DNA from: a bacterium
GTDB lineage: Bacteria; Patescibacteriota; Saccharimonadia; Saccharimonadales; SZUA-47
Length of the DNA stretch: 64,000 nt
Assembly: GCA_030428125.1 (NCBI GenBank)
Contig: JAUIBF010000002.1
Coordinates: 143,910-207,909, forward strand
Reading direction: 5' to 3'
Part shown: one piece after another, positions 56,090 to 64,000 of the stretch
How positions within the stretch are numbered: the stretch's first letter is position 1
Layout: the number at the start of each line of letters is the position of its first letter
Translations under genes and position numbers: made by a program
The notes under the pieces: generated by a model
The model's database searches: none
What the model saw: only the letters and a program-made list of their open reading frames with translations
What the model was told of the DNA's origin: nothing

Positions 56090-57598
56090 TTACACTGTTG
56101 ATAGTGGCCTGTATTGCAGGGCTTCAGCTACGTGTTCTTTGTTGATAGTATCGCTGTTCTCTAAATCAGCAATGGTCTGAGCTATCTTAATCATTTTCAT
56201 ATAAACACGGGCAGAAATATCCAGTTTCTCAGCAGCGATGTCTAAAAATTCTTTTGCTTCAGGTGAAAGTTTAGTTTTGGTCTTTATGTCTCTGTTGTTG
56301 AGCTGACCATTAAGCTTCTTGCCTTGGCGAGCTGCCTGTTTTTCTTGAGCAGAGATTACACGTTTTTGAATTTCAGAACTTGTCTCTTCGCCCGAATTTT
56401 TCTTTAGCAGATTCTTGTGATTTACGTTGTCGACAGTTACATGTATATCGATCCTGTCGAGTATTGGTCCAGAAAGCTTCTTTTGGTATCTCTGTAGCTC
56501 TATTGGAGCACATGTGCAAGCTTTGGTGCTACCGTAGTATCCACACGGGCAGGGGTTCTTGGTCGCTACAAGCATAAAGCGAGCAGGGTAAGTAATCGTA
56601 TCTTTTGCCCTTGATACTGTTACCTGACCGTCTTCCAGGGGTTGGCGAAGGCTTTCGATAGTATTGCGCCTAAATTCAGGGAACTCGTCCAAGAAAAGAA
56701 CTCCGTTATGAGCGAGCGAAACCTCACCCGGGCGAGGTCGCTGACCTCCGCCAATAACTGAGACATCGCTTGAGCTATGATGTGGTGATCTAAATGGTCG
56801 CGTTTCGATCAAATCTACGACAGAGTCACCCGTTAGGCTATGAAGGTGGGTTATAGAGATAATTTCCTCATTTGAAGGTGGAGTCATTATTCCAGGCAGT
56901 GCTTTAGCCAGCATGCTTTTACCAACTCCTGGCGGACCGTTAAGGAGTAAATTGTGTCCTCCGGCTGCTGCTATCTCCAAGGCACGTTTGGCTCTTGCTT
57001 GTCCAACTACCTCTGAGAAATCCGTTATTTCGCTTACCGAATCAGCTTTCGATCCACTATTTCTACCTACAGACTTAATAAAATATTCGGATGGGTCGCT
57101 TTGAAGTTTCTCGAAAACATCTTTCAAATTGTCACTTGCAAATACTTCTATATCTTCAAGCAAGTTAGCTTGTTTCAGGTTAGATCTAGGGATGATGAAC
57201 TTCTTGTGCCCATTTGCTATCGCACACAGAAGCTTACCGATTATCCCCCTTACTGGTTTAATATTTCCATCTAAGCCTAACTCTCCCATCACCACAACAC
57301 CCCCATCTAGCTTATTCGAGATTAGTTTAGCCTTCTGCAGGATTGATACCGCTACAGGTAGATCATAGTGAGCGCCATCTTTAGGAACGTCCGAAGGAGA
57401 GATGTTGACCGTAATGCGTTTCTTAGGAAGAGGTATAGAGCTGCTGGAGAAGGCAGAGCGTATACGCTCCTTAGATTCATCCAGGCTCTTACCAGCGAAG
57501 CCTACCAGGATAATTGTGGGCAGGCCATTAGACAGGTTTGTTTCTGCGGAAACCATTACACCTTTTCCGCCGTTCTCGTGTACGGAATAAATAGCCAT
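56090..57598 (-). CDS. comM: YifB/ComM Mg-chelatase-like AAA+ ATPase
   Basis: ESKERIRSA, GPPGVGKSML, PFRSPHH, GEVSLAHNGVLFLDE, NPCPCG; start moved to ATG 57598. Confidence 0.92.
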   Translation of the reverse strand: MAIYSVHENGGKGVMVSAETNLSNGLPTIILVGFAGKSLDESKERIRSAFSSSSIPLPKKRITVNISPSDVPKDGAHYDLPVAVSILQKAKLISNKLDGGVVVMGELGLDGNIKPVRGIIGKLLCAIANGHKKFIIPRSNLKQANLLEDIEVFASDNLKDVFEKLQSDPSEYFIKSVGRNSGSKADSVSEITDFSEVVGQARAKRALEIAAAGGHNLLLNGPPGVGKSMLAKALPGIMTPPSNEEIISITHLHSLTGDSVVDLIETRPFRSPHHSSSDVSVIGGGQRPRPGEVSLAHNGVLFLDEFPEFRRNTIESLRQPLEDGQVTVSRAKDTITYPARFMLVATKNPCPCGYYGSTKACTCAPIELQRYQKKLSGPILDRIDIHVTVDNVNHKNLLKKNSGEETSSEIQKRVISAQEKQAARQGKKLNGQLNNRDIKTKTKLSPEAKEFLDIAAEKLDISARVYMKMIKIAQTIADLENSDTINKEHVAEALQYRPLSTV

Positions 57599-57744
57599 AG
57601 ATACTTTAACTGTAAAGTCGAATTGCCATAAAAGCAATAACAATAATTTTCTTTGCTAAATAAAGAACAACGACCTGCGAGAAGTCGTTGTTACAGATAC
57701 GTTTTTGTTTTTGAGCACTTTTTTTATTCAAAAGTACTGACTTA

Positions 57745-57773
57745 AAGATACTGGGATATTACGCTTATGTCAA
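57745..57773 (-). promoter_or_regulatory. Sigma70-type promoter upstream of comM
   Basis: TTGACA-17 nt-TATCTT on the minus strand. Confidence 0.55.
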
Positions 57774-58385
57774 CACTTTTTTGGTAGTTTTTCTAAGTAT
57801 TTTTTACCCACGCAATAACTTAGCGTGATACTAAAAAAGTAAACACTAAATACAGCGTAGAAAATAAGTAATTCAAATAATAAAAAGGGAATAGGGTGAT
57901 GTTAGTAGTAATTATATCAACTTTGATTTTAGGCTAAGTTTAAATTGTGCAACACAACATCGTCGAAGTGTTTTTGTGCTTCTAAGATCACACGAAAGCT
58001 TAAAGTTCTCCCCAGGTCATCGTTTAGCAATCCCTAATACCCCAACACTTTAGTTACCGAGTGGTTTGCCATCCAAGCCAACCGTTAGTTTAGGTATTTA
58101 ATTTATGCATGTTTTTAGGGTCGATTAAGGGAAAAGTGCAAAATATTTATCGATATAGTCGTTGTAGATTTGTATTTTTTGTCAACCTAAAAAGCATTAC
58201 GTAATATGCCCAAGGTAAGTTATAGTTACATAGATTATTTAGAAAGCATGTTGTAAATATAAAGTAGTATGCTTTTTATATTTCTACCATATTTAGTTAA
58301 TCTAACCTATTAGAGTTATTTCTACATCAATTTTATAAACATAAAAACTATTGACTTTTTATAACGGTTGTGCTAAATTTTACTC

Positions 58386-58580
58386 ATGGTTAACAAAAAA
58401 CAAAAACAGCCATAACAAAAAATACGCGTCGCTCATGTAAGCCTAAAGCTTGCGTTGAGCGGTCAGTCATAAAGTCTAAGGACGATAAGCGCTTTACAGT
58501 AATTTATAACGAGCGGATTTGTCGTCCTGGACTTCTCTTTATATTTTTAACTGCACTATTTCTCTTGGTGCAGTTTTTTT
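58386..58580 (+). ncRNA. Candidate sRNA or attenuator (~195 nt)
   Basis: TTGACT-17-TAAATT promoter, two long hairpins, terminator with T-run. Confidence 0.55.
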
Positions 58581-58666
58581 ATTCATGAGCAGCTAGGTTC
58601 ATAAAAGATGAGTAAAATAGTTTCAACCGAGTGAATTTATAAGAGTAATGATGTAATCTATTACCT

Positions 58667-59005
58667 ATGAGACAAAAAATTAAACTGTTAATGATGTTTA
58701 TTGCTAGCCTAACGGTATTGGTTTTGTTGTTTATCTTGGTTAACCCAGAAAATAAACCACTCATTCTAATATTTCTACCAGTTCTATTAGTCTGGATTAC
58801 TCTTTACAGCCTTACAAAATTAGCAGTTTTAACTTTTATTAGTAAACCTACCAAGCTCCACACGGTAATCTCGTTCATGTTGACTAGTTTAGTGGTGTTG
58901 ATTTTTTTGCTATCAGGTATAGGGCAGCTGACCCTTACGGATATTGTTTTAGTTGTCCTGCTTGGTTCTGTAAGTGGGTTTTATTTTTATAGGACATGGG
59001 TCTAA
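58667..59005 (+). CDS. Four-TM hypothetical membrane protein
   Basis: Hydrophobic 112 aa ORF. Confidence 0.7.
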   Translation: MRQKIKLLMMFIASLTVLVLLFILVNPENKPLILIFLPVLLVWITLYSLTKLAVLTFISKPTKLHTVISFMLTSLVVLIFLLSGIGQLTLTDIVLVVLLGSVSGFYFYRTWV

Positions 59006-59042
59006 CAATAAAAGGGTAAAATTGATATAATTAACTCTATAA

Positions 59043-59462
59043 ATGAATCCACAAGAGATACTACCGTCACCAGAGATAGATAGCGTACCAAAATCAGCAG
59101 AATCTGAGAGTGTTAACGCTGAGAACGAAACTGAACAAGCAAAACAAGCAGAGAGAAAAGCTGGTCCATCAACTGGTTTCGGTGCCGTTAGCGCTGTTGC
59201 AGTTGATGATGCTCAATCTCAAGTCCAAGGCGCAGTAGGAGCTAGTTCGGGAGGTGCGGGCACAGGCTCAACAATGCAACTTGGGACTCCAGCTACTGCA
59301 GATGACTTGGACTTGATAGAGAAAGAGTGGGTCAAGAAGGCCAAACATATCGTTGCTACAACGATGGGCGATCCATATACGCAAAATAAACAGATCAATG
59401 AGATGAAGGTGGACTACATTAAAAAGCGTTACAATAAAGACATTAAGTTAAGAAAAGAATAA
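59043..59462 (+). CDS. Hypothetical protein co-transcribed with the ATPase
   Basis: Low-complexity N-terminus; C-terminal DLIEKEWV...DPY...DYIKKRY domain. Confidence 0.75.
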   Translation: MNPQEILPSPEIDSVPKSAESESVNAENETEQAKQAERKAGPSTGFGAVSAVAVDDAQSQVQGAVGASSGGAGTGSTMQLGTPATADDLDLIEKEWVKKAKHIVATTMGDPYTQNKQINEMKVDYIKKRYNKDIKLRKE

Positions 59463-59465
59463 ATT

Positions 59466-62400
59466 ATGCCCATATTCTTGGTCGTCGTCGTAATCCTGTT
59501 AATAATCACGCTGTGTATTGGTTTTATTGCCTATTCGCACACCAAGAAAGTTTTTAGAGAGCAAAAGAATTTCGAAAGGGGACTAAAGATGGTCCCGTTG
59601 CTTATTCACTTGCCCCCACAAAGCTCGGATACGGATATTGGTGCTAGAGACGAACGTGATGTTACTGACGAAACTATCTCAAAAGCTCAGACCATGTACA
59701 ATATTATTTCTAGCACAGTTCAAAAGGGTTTTAAGAGTAAGTTCTACGGTCAGCGTCACTTTTCATTTGAAATCGTCGGAGTAAAAGGTTTTGTTTACTT
59801 CTATGCTGCTGTGCCAGTAGCGATGGTAGAAGTTGTTCAGCAAGCCGTGACTAGCGCCTATCCAACCGCAAGATTAGAAGAAGTTGCCGAACACAATATA
59901 TTTAGTCCCGTAGGTAAATCAACAGGAACTATGGGCGGTGAAATGACACTCAAAGAGGATGCCTCTTATCCAATCGCGACATTTCAGGAACTAAAAAGAT
60001 CAACGATGCGCTCGGTCTTAAATGCACTTTCTACTCTAGAAAAGGAAGATGGAGCAGGAATACAAATCTTGCTTAGGCCTGCGGATGCAGTATGGCGAAA
60101 AAACGCGTTAGCCAAAGCTGACAAAAAACGCAAAGGTGAAGACAGCAAGAAAAACAAATCTGCTGTAGCAGGAGGATGGTTTAAAGATTTAGTTTGGGCA
60201 TTAGTGAAGCCTCCTGAGGAAAGGGAGAAGAAATCTGAAGATAAGCAAATCTCTGGTGCAAATTCTCAAATCGTTGATGCCATGGAGGAAAAAGCCAAAC
60301 ATGCAGCATACGAGGTGCAAATTCGTTTAATAGCCTCATCTAATGTTTCGCAGAGAGCACAATCTATATTAAATAGCCTGAAAGCAACCTTTGCGCTTTA
60401 TGATTCCCCAGGCCGAAACGGGTTTAAGTTTACTCCTGCAAAGGATATCGATAGTTTCATTACAGCATATATATTGAGGTTCTTCCCGCCAGAGAATAAC
60501 AAAATGGTTCTAAATGCTGTCGAGATGTCGACCTTGTTCCATTTTCCGTCTCAAGACAGTATCCCGACCACACAGCTCGAGCGTCAGGCATCTAAGCAGG
60601 TAGATGGTCCTAGGAACATTCCTGATGACGGCTTATTGTTAGGATATAACGTATTTCGTGGCTCCAAAAAGAAAATTAATCTCGACATTAATGATCGCAG
60701 AAGACATCTATATCTTGTCGGTCAAACTGGTACAGGTAAGTCTACATTCTTAGAAAATATGGCACTTCAAGACATGATAAATGGAGACGGTTTCGCTTTT
60801 ATTGATCCTCACGGTGACGTGGCTGAAAAACTGCTTTCAATGGTGCCTAAAGAGCGTACTGAAGATGTAGTGTATTTCTGTCCAGCAGACATGGAATACC
60901 CACTAGGTTTAAACCTGTTCGAGTTTGATGATGCAGATCAACAAGACTTTTTGATTCAGGAAGCGATCAACATGCTGTACAAGCTTTACGATCCACAGCA
61001 CCAGGGAATAATTGGCCCTCGTTACGAGCATTGGTTTCGTATGGCGTCCAGGACAATCATGGCCGATCCTGCCGGGGCAACCTTCATTGATATACCGAAA
61101 GTATTCACCGACGATGTTTACGCAAAAGACAAACTGAAACACGTTAAAGACCAGGTAGTTTTGGATTTCTGGAACAAAGAAATGGCTAGCACGAGCGATT
61201 ATCACAAGAGTGAAGTATTGGGCTGGTTTGTATCCAAATTTGGTGCCTTCATGGCTAACGAAATGATGCGAAATATCATTGGTCAGACCAAGAGTTCGTT
61301 TAATCTGCGAGAAATTATGGATAACAAAAAAATCTTGCTAGTTAACCTGAGTAAAGGTAGGACAGGCGAACTAAACTCTAAGTTATTGGGTATGATTTTC
61401 GTCATGAAGTTTCAGGCTGCAGCTATGAGCAGAGCAAATATACCCGAGGACGAAAGAACGGACTTTGCATTGTACGTTGATGAGTTCCAGAACTTCTCAA
61501 CTGATTCGTTTGCGACGATTTTGAGTGAGGCCAGGAAGTACCGCCTAAATCTAATTGTCGCCAACCAGTTTACGACACAGCTGACTGACGAAATTCGTGA
61601 TGCTGTATTTGGTAACGTCGGTACTATCGTTAGCTATCGTGTCGGTACGGCAGATGCAGAATTTCTAGCCAAGCAATTTGCACCAGTGTTCGACATTGAT
61701 GACTTGCAGAGAATTCCGAACTACAACACTATCGTTAGGACGTTGATTGACGGTATACCGACACAGCCATTTAGCATGGCTATCTTGCCACCATTGGGTA
61801 ACCCCAATAAGGAACTAGGGGACGCCCTGAAACAGTTGTCCGCGGCAAAACACGGTAAACCACGCGCCGTAGTTGAGAAGGAGATTTTCGAACGAATTAG
61901 TACACCGGGTGGAAACACTTCGGAGCCCAACAAGCCTAACTTTGGACGTAACTTTAGCGCAGGCGCTCAAACCTCGCCCCAACAACCTCAGAAGCCTTCC
62001 ACAGGGTCTTCGTTCCTTGATGATTGGCTAACAAAGAAACAGACTAATAGTTTTAAAGCTCCGAGTTCACCATTCAAAAACCAGCCACAAACTCCTCCTG
62101 CTACTCAATCACTGTCACCACCACCACAAGTAGCAAGCCCTACACAACAGCCAACCACACCCCAAACGCAAACGCAAATAGCTAGCACTCAAACGCCACC
62201 TCATACTATTACGCAGGCACAAAACCAACCTACGCCACAACCACAACAACCACAAAGCCAAGAAACAGACACTGCTCAGAGCCCCCCACAGCCCCTACAG
62301 CCTGCACAACAACCACAAGCAGTATCAGAAGCCGAAACTCCACAAAGTGCTGCCATAGAGGCTCCTAGTACACCGGTTGATAATTCTACCGAACCTATAC

Positions 62401-62510
62401 CTGCTAACGCACCAGAGCCATCACAAGAATCAATTCCTAAACCTCAGCTAGCCGAAGACACACATATATCAACATCAGAACCACAAGATCACACAGTAGA
62501 CTTAAGATAA
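59466..62510 (+). CDS. VirD4/TraD-like (HerA/FtsK superfamily) membrane-anchored ATPase with Pro/Gln-rich tail
   Basis: RRHLYLVGQTGTGKS, IDPHGD, YVDEFQNF, LSEARKYRL, ANQF. Confidence 0.85.
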   Translation: MPIFLVVVVILLIITLCIGFIAYSHTKKVFREQKNFERGLKMVPLLIHLPPQSSDTDIGARDERDVTDETISKAQTMYNIISSTVQKGFKSKFYGQRHFSFEIVGVKGFVYFYAAVPVAMVEVVQQAVTSAYPTARLEEVAEHNIFSPVGKSTGTMGGEMTLKEDASYPIATFQELKRSTMRSVLNALSTLEKEDGAGIQILLRPADAVWRKNALAKADKKRKGEDSKKNKSAVAGGWFKDLVWALVKPPEEREKKSEDKQISGANSQIVDAMEEKAKHAAYEVQIRLIASSNVSQRAQSILNSLKATFALYDSPGRNGFKFTPAKDIDSFITAYILRFFPPENNKMVLNAVEMSTLFHFPSQDSIPTTQLERQASKQVDGPRNIPDDGLLLGYNVFRGSKKKINLDINDRRRHLYLVGQTGTGKSTFLENMALQDMINGDGFAFIDPHGDVAEKLLSMVPKERTEDVVYFCPADMEYPLGLNLFEFDDADQQDFLIQEAINMLYKLYDPQHQGIIGPRYEHWFRMASRTIMADPAGATFIDIPKVFTDDVYAKDKLKHVKDQVVLDFWNKEMASTSDYHKSEVLGWFVSKFGAFMANEMMRNIIGQTKSSFNLREIMDNKKILLVNLSKGRTGELNSKLLGMIFVMKFQAAAMSRANIPEDERTDFALYVDEFQNFSTDSFATILSEARKYRLNLIVANQFTTQLTDEIRDAVFGNVGTIVSYRVGTADAEFLAKQFAPVFDIDDLQRIPNYNTIVRTLIDGIPTQPFSMAILPPLGNPNKELGDALKQLSAAKHGKPRAVVEKEIFERISTPGGNTSEPNKPNFGRNFSAGAQTSPQQPQKPSTGSSFLDDWLTKKQTNSFKAPSSPFKNQPQTPPATQSLSPPPQVASPTQQPTTPQTQTQIASTQTPPHTITQAQNQPTPQPQQPQSQETDTAQSPPQPLQPAQQPQAVSEAETPQSAAIEAPSTPVDNSTEPIPANAPEPSQESIPKPQLAEDTHISTSEPQDHTVDLR

Positions 62511-62515
62511 ACTGA

Positions 62516-63076
62516 CTATTTTCGAGATTTAAAGAGATATACGAGGCCTTCAATCGTTGTTCCAACGACTGCACCTATTACAAAAAGCAGTATCGCAAGC
62601 AAATAGTTGTATTCGTAACCGTAGTGTTTTGTAATCCACAGTAGTCCTGAAGTACCGAGAAACGCAAAGAACGCACCCCATAACATACCCTGAGGTCTAG
62701 CGACAGTTTTTCCAATAAATTCACTCGGCTTATCAACTACAGATGAATGAATAACCTTACTAAATGTTCTAGACACCGGAGAAAGTCTCTTTCTAGTTCT
62801 CGTCATAGTTCTAGAGAATGCCATATTTTTTAGCTGTGAATTCACTAAAACAGGGTGGCGTTTTGGTTGCTGATGCTCACCGGCTGAGCGTTCTTTGCCA
62901 CTTACTGCATGCTTTTCTGCTGCTTTATGCAGCTGTGCCAGATGTTCTTTGCTACCATGCTGTTTTTCGGCATCAGTCAACTCACGTTCATGGTGATTTT
63001 TTTGATGCTCTTTAGAGTTCTCAATAGGCTTTAGGTGCTCTCCGGTGTTTTCATGATGAGATAATCGTTCACTCAT
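62516..63076 (-). CDS. Hypothetical membrane protein with two C-terminal TMs
   Basis: Charged N-terminus, FSKVIH...TVARP, two TMs. Confidence 0.75.
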   Translation of the reverse strand: MSERLSHHENTGEHLKPIENSKEHQKNHHERELTDAEKQHGSKEHLAQLHKAAEKHAVSGKERSAGEHQQPKRHPVLVNSQLKNMAFSRTMTRTRKRLSPVSRTFSKVIHSSVVDKPSEFIGKTVARPQGMLWGAFFAFLGTSGLLWITKHYGYEYNYLLAILLFVIGAVVGTTIEGLVYLFKSRK

Positions 63077-64000
63077 TACATACCTCCTGTTGTTGCGTAG
63101 TCAGTTCTAATTATGTCTAGCTCTTTGCTGATGAGCCTCGATCTCGCAAAGAAATAACCGACTACAAAAGTTATGCCTCCACCGATAAGTAAGCTTGTGC
63201 CTGGCCCCGTGTTCGGGATAGTCTCAATGCCTTTAACCACAGGACAGGCTACCTCCATAGAAATAGTATTGCCGTATATATTAGTTATTTCACAATCGAA
63301 ATCGGAGCCTTGGCCACTCGGTCGGTTTGTGGCTGGAATAGGGTCTAGCATCTTAATCTTAAATCGCGTTTCCAGTTTGCTGTTAGCAGGAATTGTGACA
63401 TTCTCCCACAGTACTTTTTTATCCTTCTCATCGTACTTTCCGCCATCAGCTTCTAGGGCTTCAATATCTAGTGTTGCGTAGTCTAGTAAGTCACCAACAT
63501 AATCACTGATTGTTACATCGGTACGATCGTAATCATTCGTATTAATTGTCGACAGTCTATATTCGATTTCGTCACCAGCTCGGACCTTTGATTTAACAGC
63601 GTCCTCATCTTTTTTACCTTGAGTCAGATTCTCGACAGTTTTTTCTTGACTTAACGGCTCTTCTTCGTCGAACTTAACACTTTCAGAACAATCTATCGTC
63701 TGATCGGTTTGTCCCGTTTCAGTAGGGGCAGTGAAGTTAACGACTACTTTTGCATCGAATTCACCAGCTTCGTAAATATGCGTAACTTCATTAGTAAATT
63801 TGCTTGATTTAAGACTTTTAGTTTGTCCGTCACCGAAGTCGTATTCATATGAATTTATTGTGACCAACTTTTCGTTAGATGCAGTAACTAAGGTCTTGAA
63901 GGTTGCTTCTTTTTTAGCTAGATTTAGTCCCACGTCCAGTAAGTCACAACTTAATTTTGGCTTCGTGCAGTTTTCATTGTTTGTATTAATTGAGGAGTCG
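63076..64000 (-). CDS. Surface protein (5' end outside window) with PKD-like and DUF11-like domains and an LPxTG-like sorting signal
   Basis: YDFGDG, AGDEIEY, IPNTGP followed by a TM and RSR; frame open to the window edge. Confidence 0.75.
   Translation of the reverse strand, partial: DSSINTNNENCTKPKLSCDLLDVGLNLAKKEATFKTLVTASNEKLVTINSYEYDFGDGQTKSLKSSKFTNEVTHIYEAGEFDAKVVVNFTAPTETGQTDQTIDCSESVKFDEEEPLSQEKTVENLTQGKKDEDAVKSKVRAGDEIEYRLSTINTNDYDRTDVTISDYVGDLLDYATLDIEALEADGGKYDEKDKKVLWENVTIPANSKLETRFKIKMLDPIPATNRPSGQGSDFDCEITNIYGNTISMEVACPVVKGIETIPNTGPGTSLLIGGGITFVVGYFFARSRLISKELDIIRTDYATTGGM

Noticed and set aside
58030..58085. c-di-GMP-I riboswitch (GGCAAACC on the minus strand)
   Set aside because: Lacks the GNRA-capped stem followed by GACGCAAAGC and the rest of the consensus
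57599..58666. Replication origin in the AT-rich gap
   Set aside because: No TTATCCACA-type DnaA box cluster seen and no dnaA or dnaN nearby
1..64000. Alternative genetic code 25 (TGA = Gly)
   Set aside because: Conserved genes such as efp, ychF and miaA end at TGA at the expected length, and none is interrupted

Overview
Core-genome segment of a Patescibacteria (CPR) bacterium, most likely Saccharibacteria (TM7). This is inferred from the gene content and the CPR-style type IV pilus locus; the standard genetic code is used, with TGA as stop. Housekeeping genes include rnj, ftsK, rpsF-ssb-rpsR, efp, tlyA, ychF, ndk, tgt, thrS, miaA, rpmB, infC-rpmI-rplT and comM. There are five tRNAs, RNase P RNA, a type IV pilus cluster of about 17 kb (large adhesin-like gene, pilMNO, pilB, pilT, pilC, pilins, pilD), a Xer-type recombinase and a VirD4/TraD-like ATPase. 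No CRISPR array, transposase or prophage is visible. The main unexplained signals are: (1) a dispersed ~75 bp two-hairpin intergenic repeat family (4 full copies, 1 partial) with compensatory base changes; (2) four unannotated structured RNA candidates (44.5, 47.4, 53.5, 58.4 kb), two with both promoter and terminator; (3) an actinobacterial-looking (Acidimicrobiia-like) gene set, namely dapA plus a sortase with Thr-rich surface proteins, which may identify the host; (4) a minor pilin fused to Fn3 and EPN-type C-type lectin domains; (5) a tRNA-Gly with a swapped U19-A56 elbow pair. All structures were folded by eye and all family calls come from motif recognition; no searches were run.
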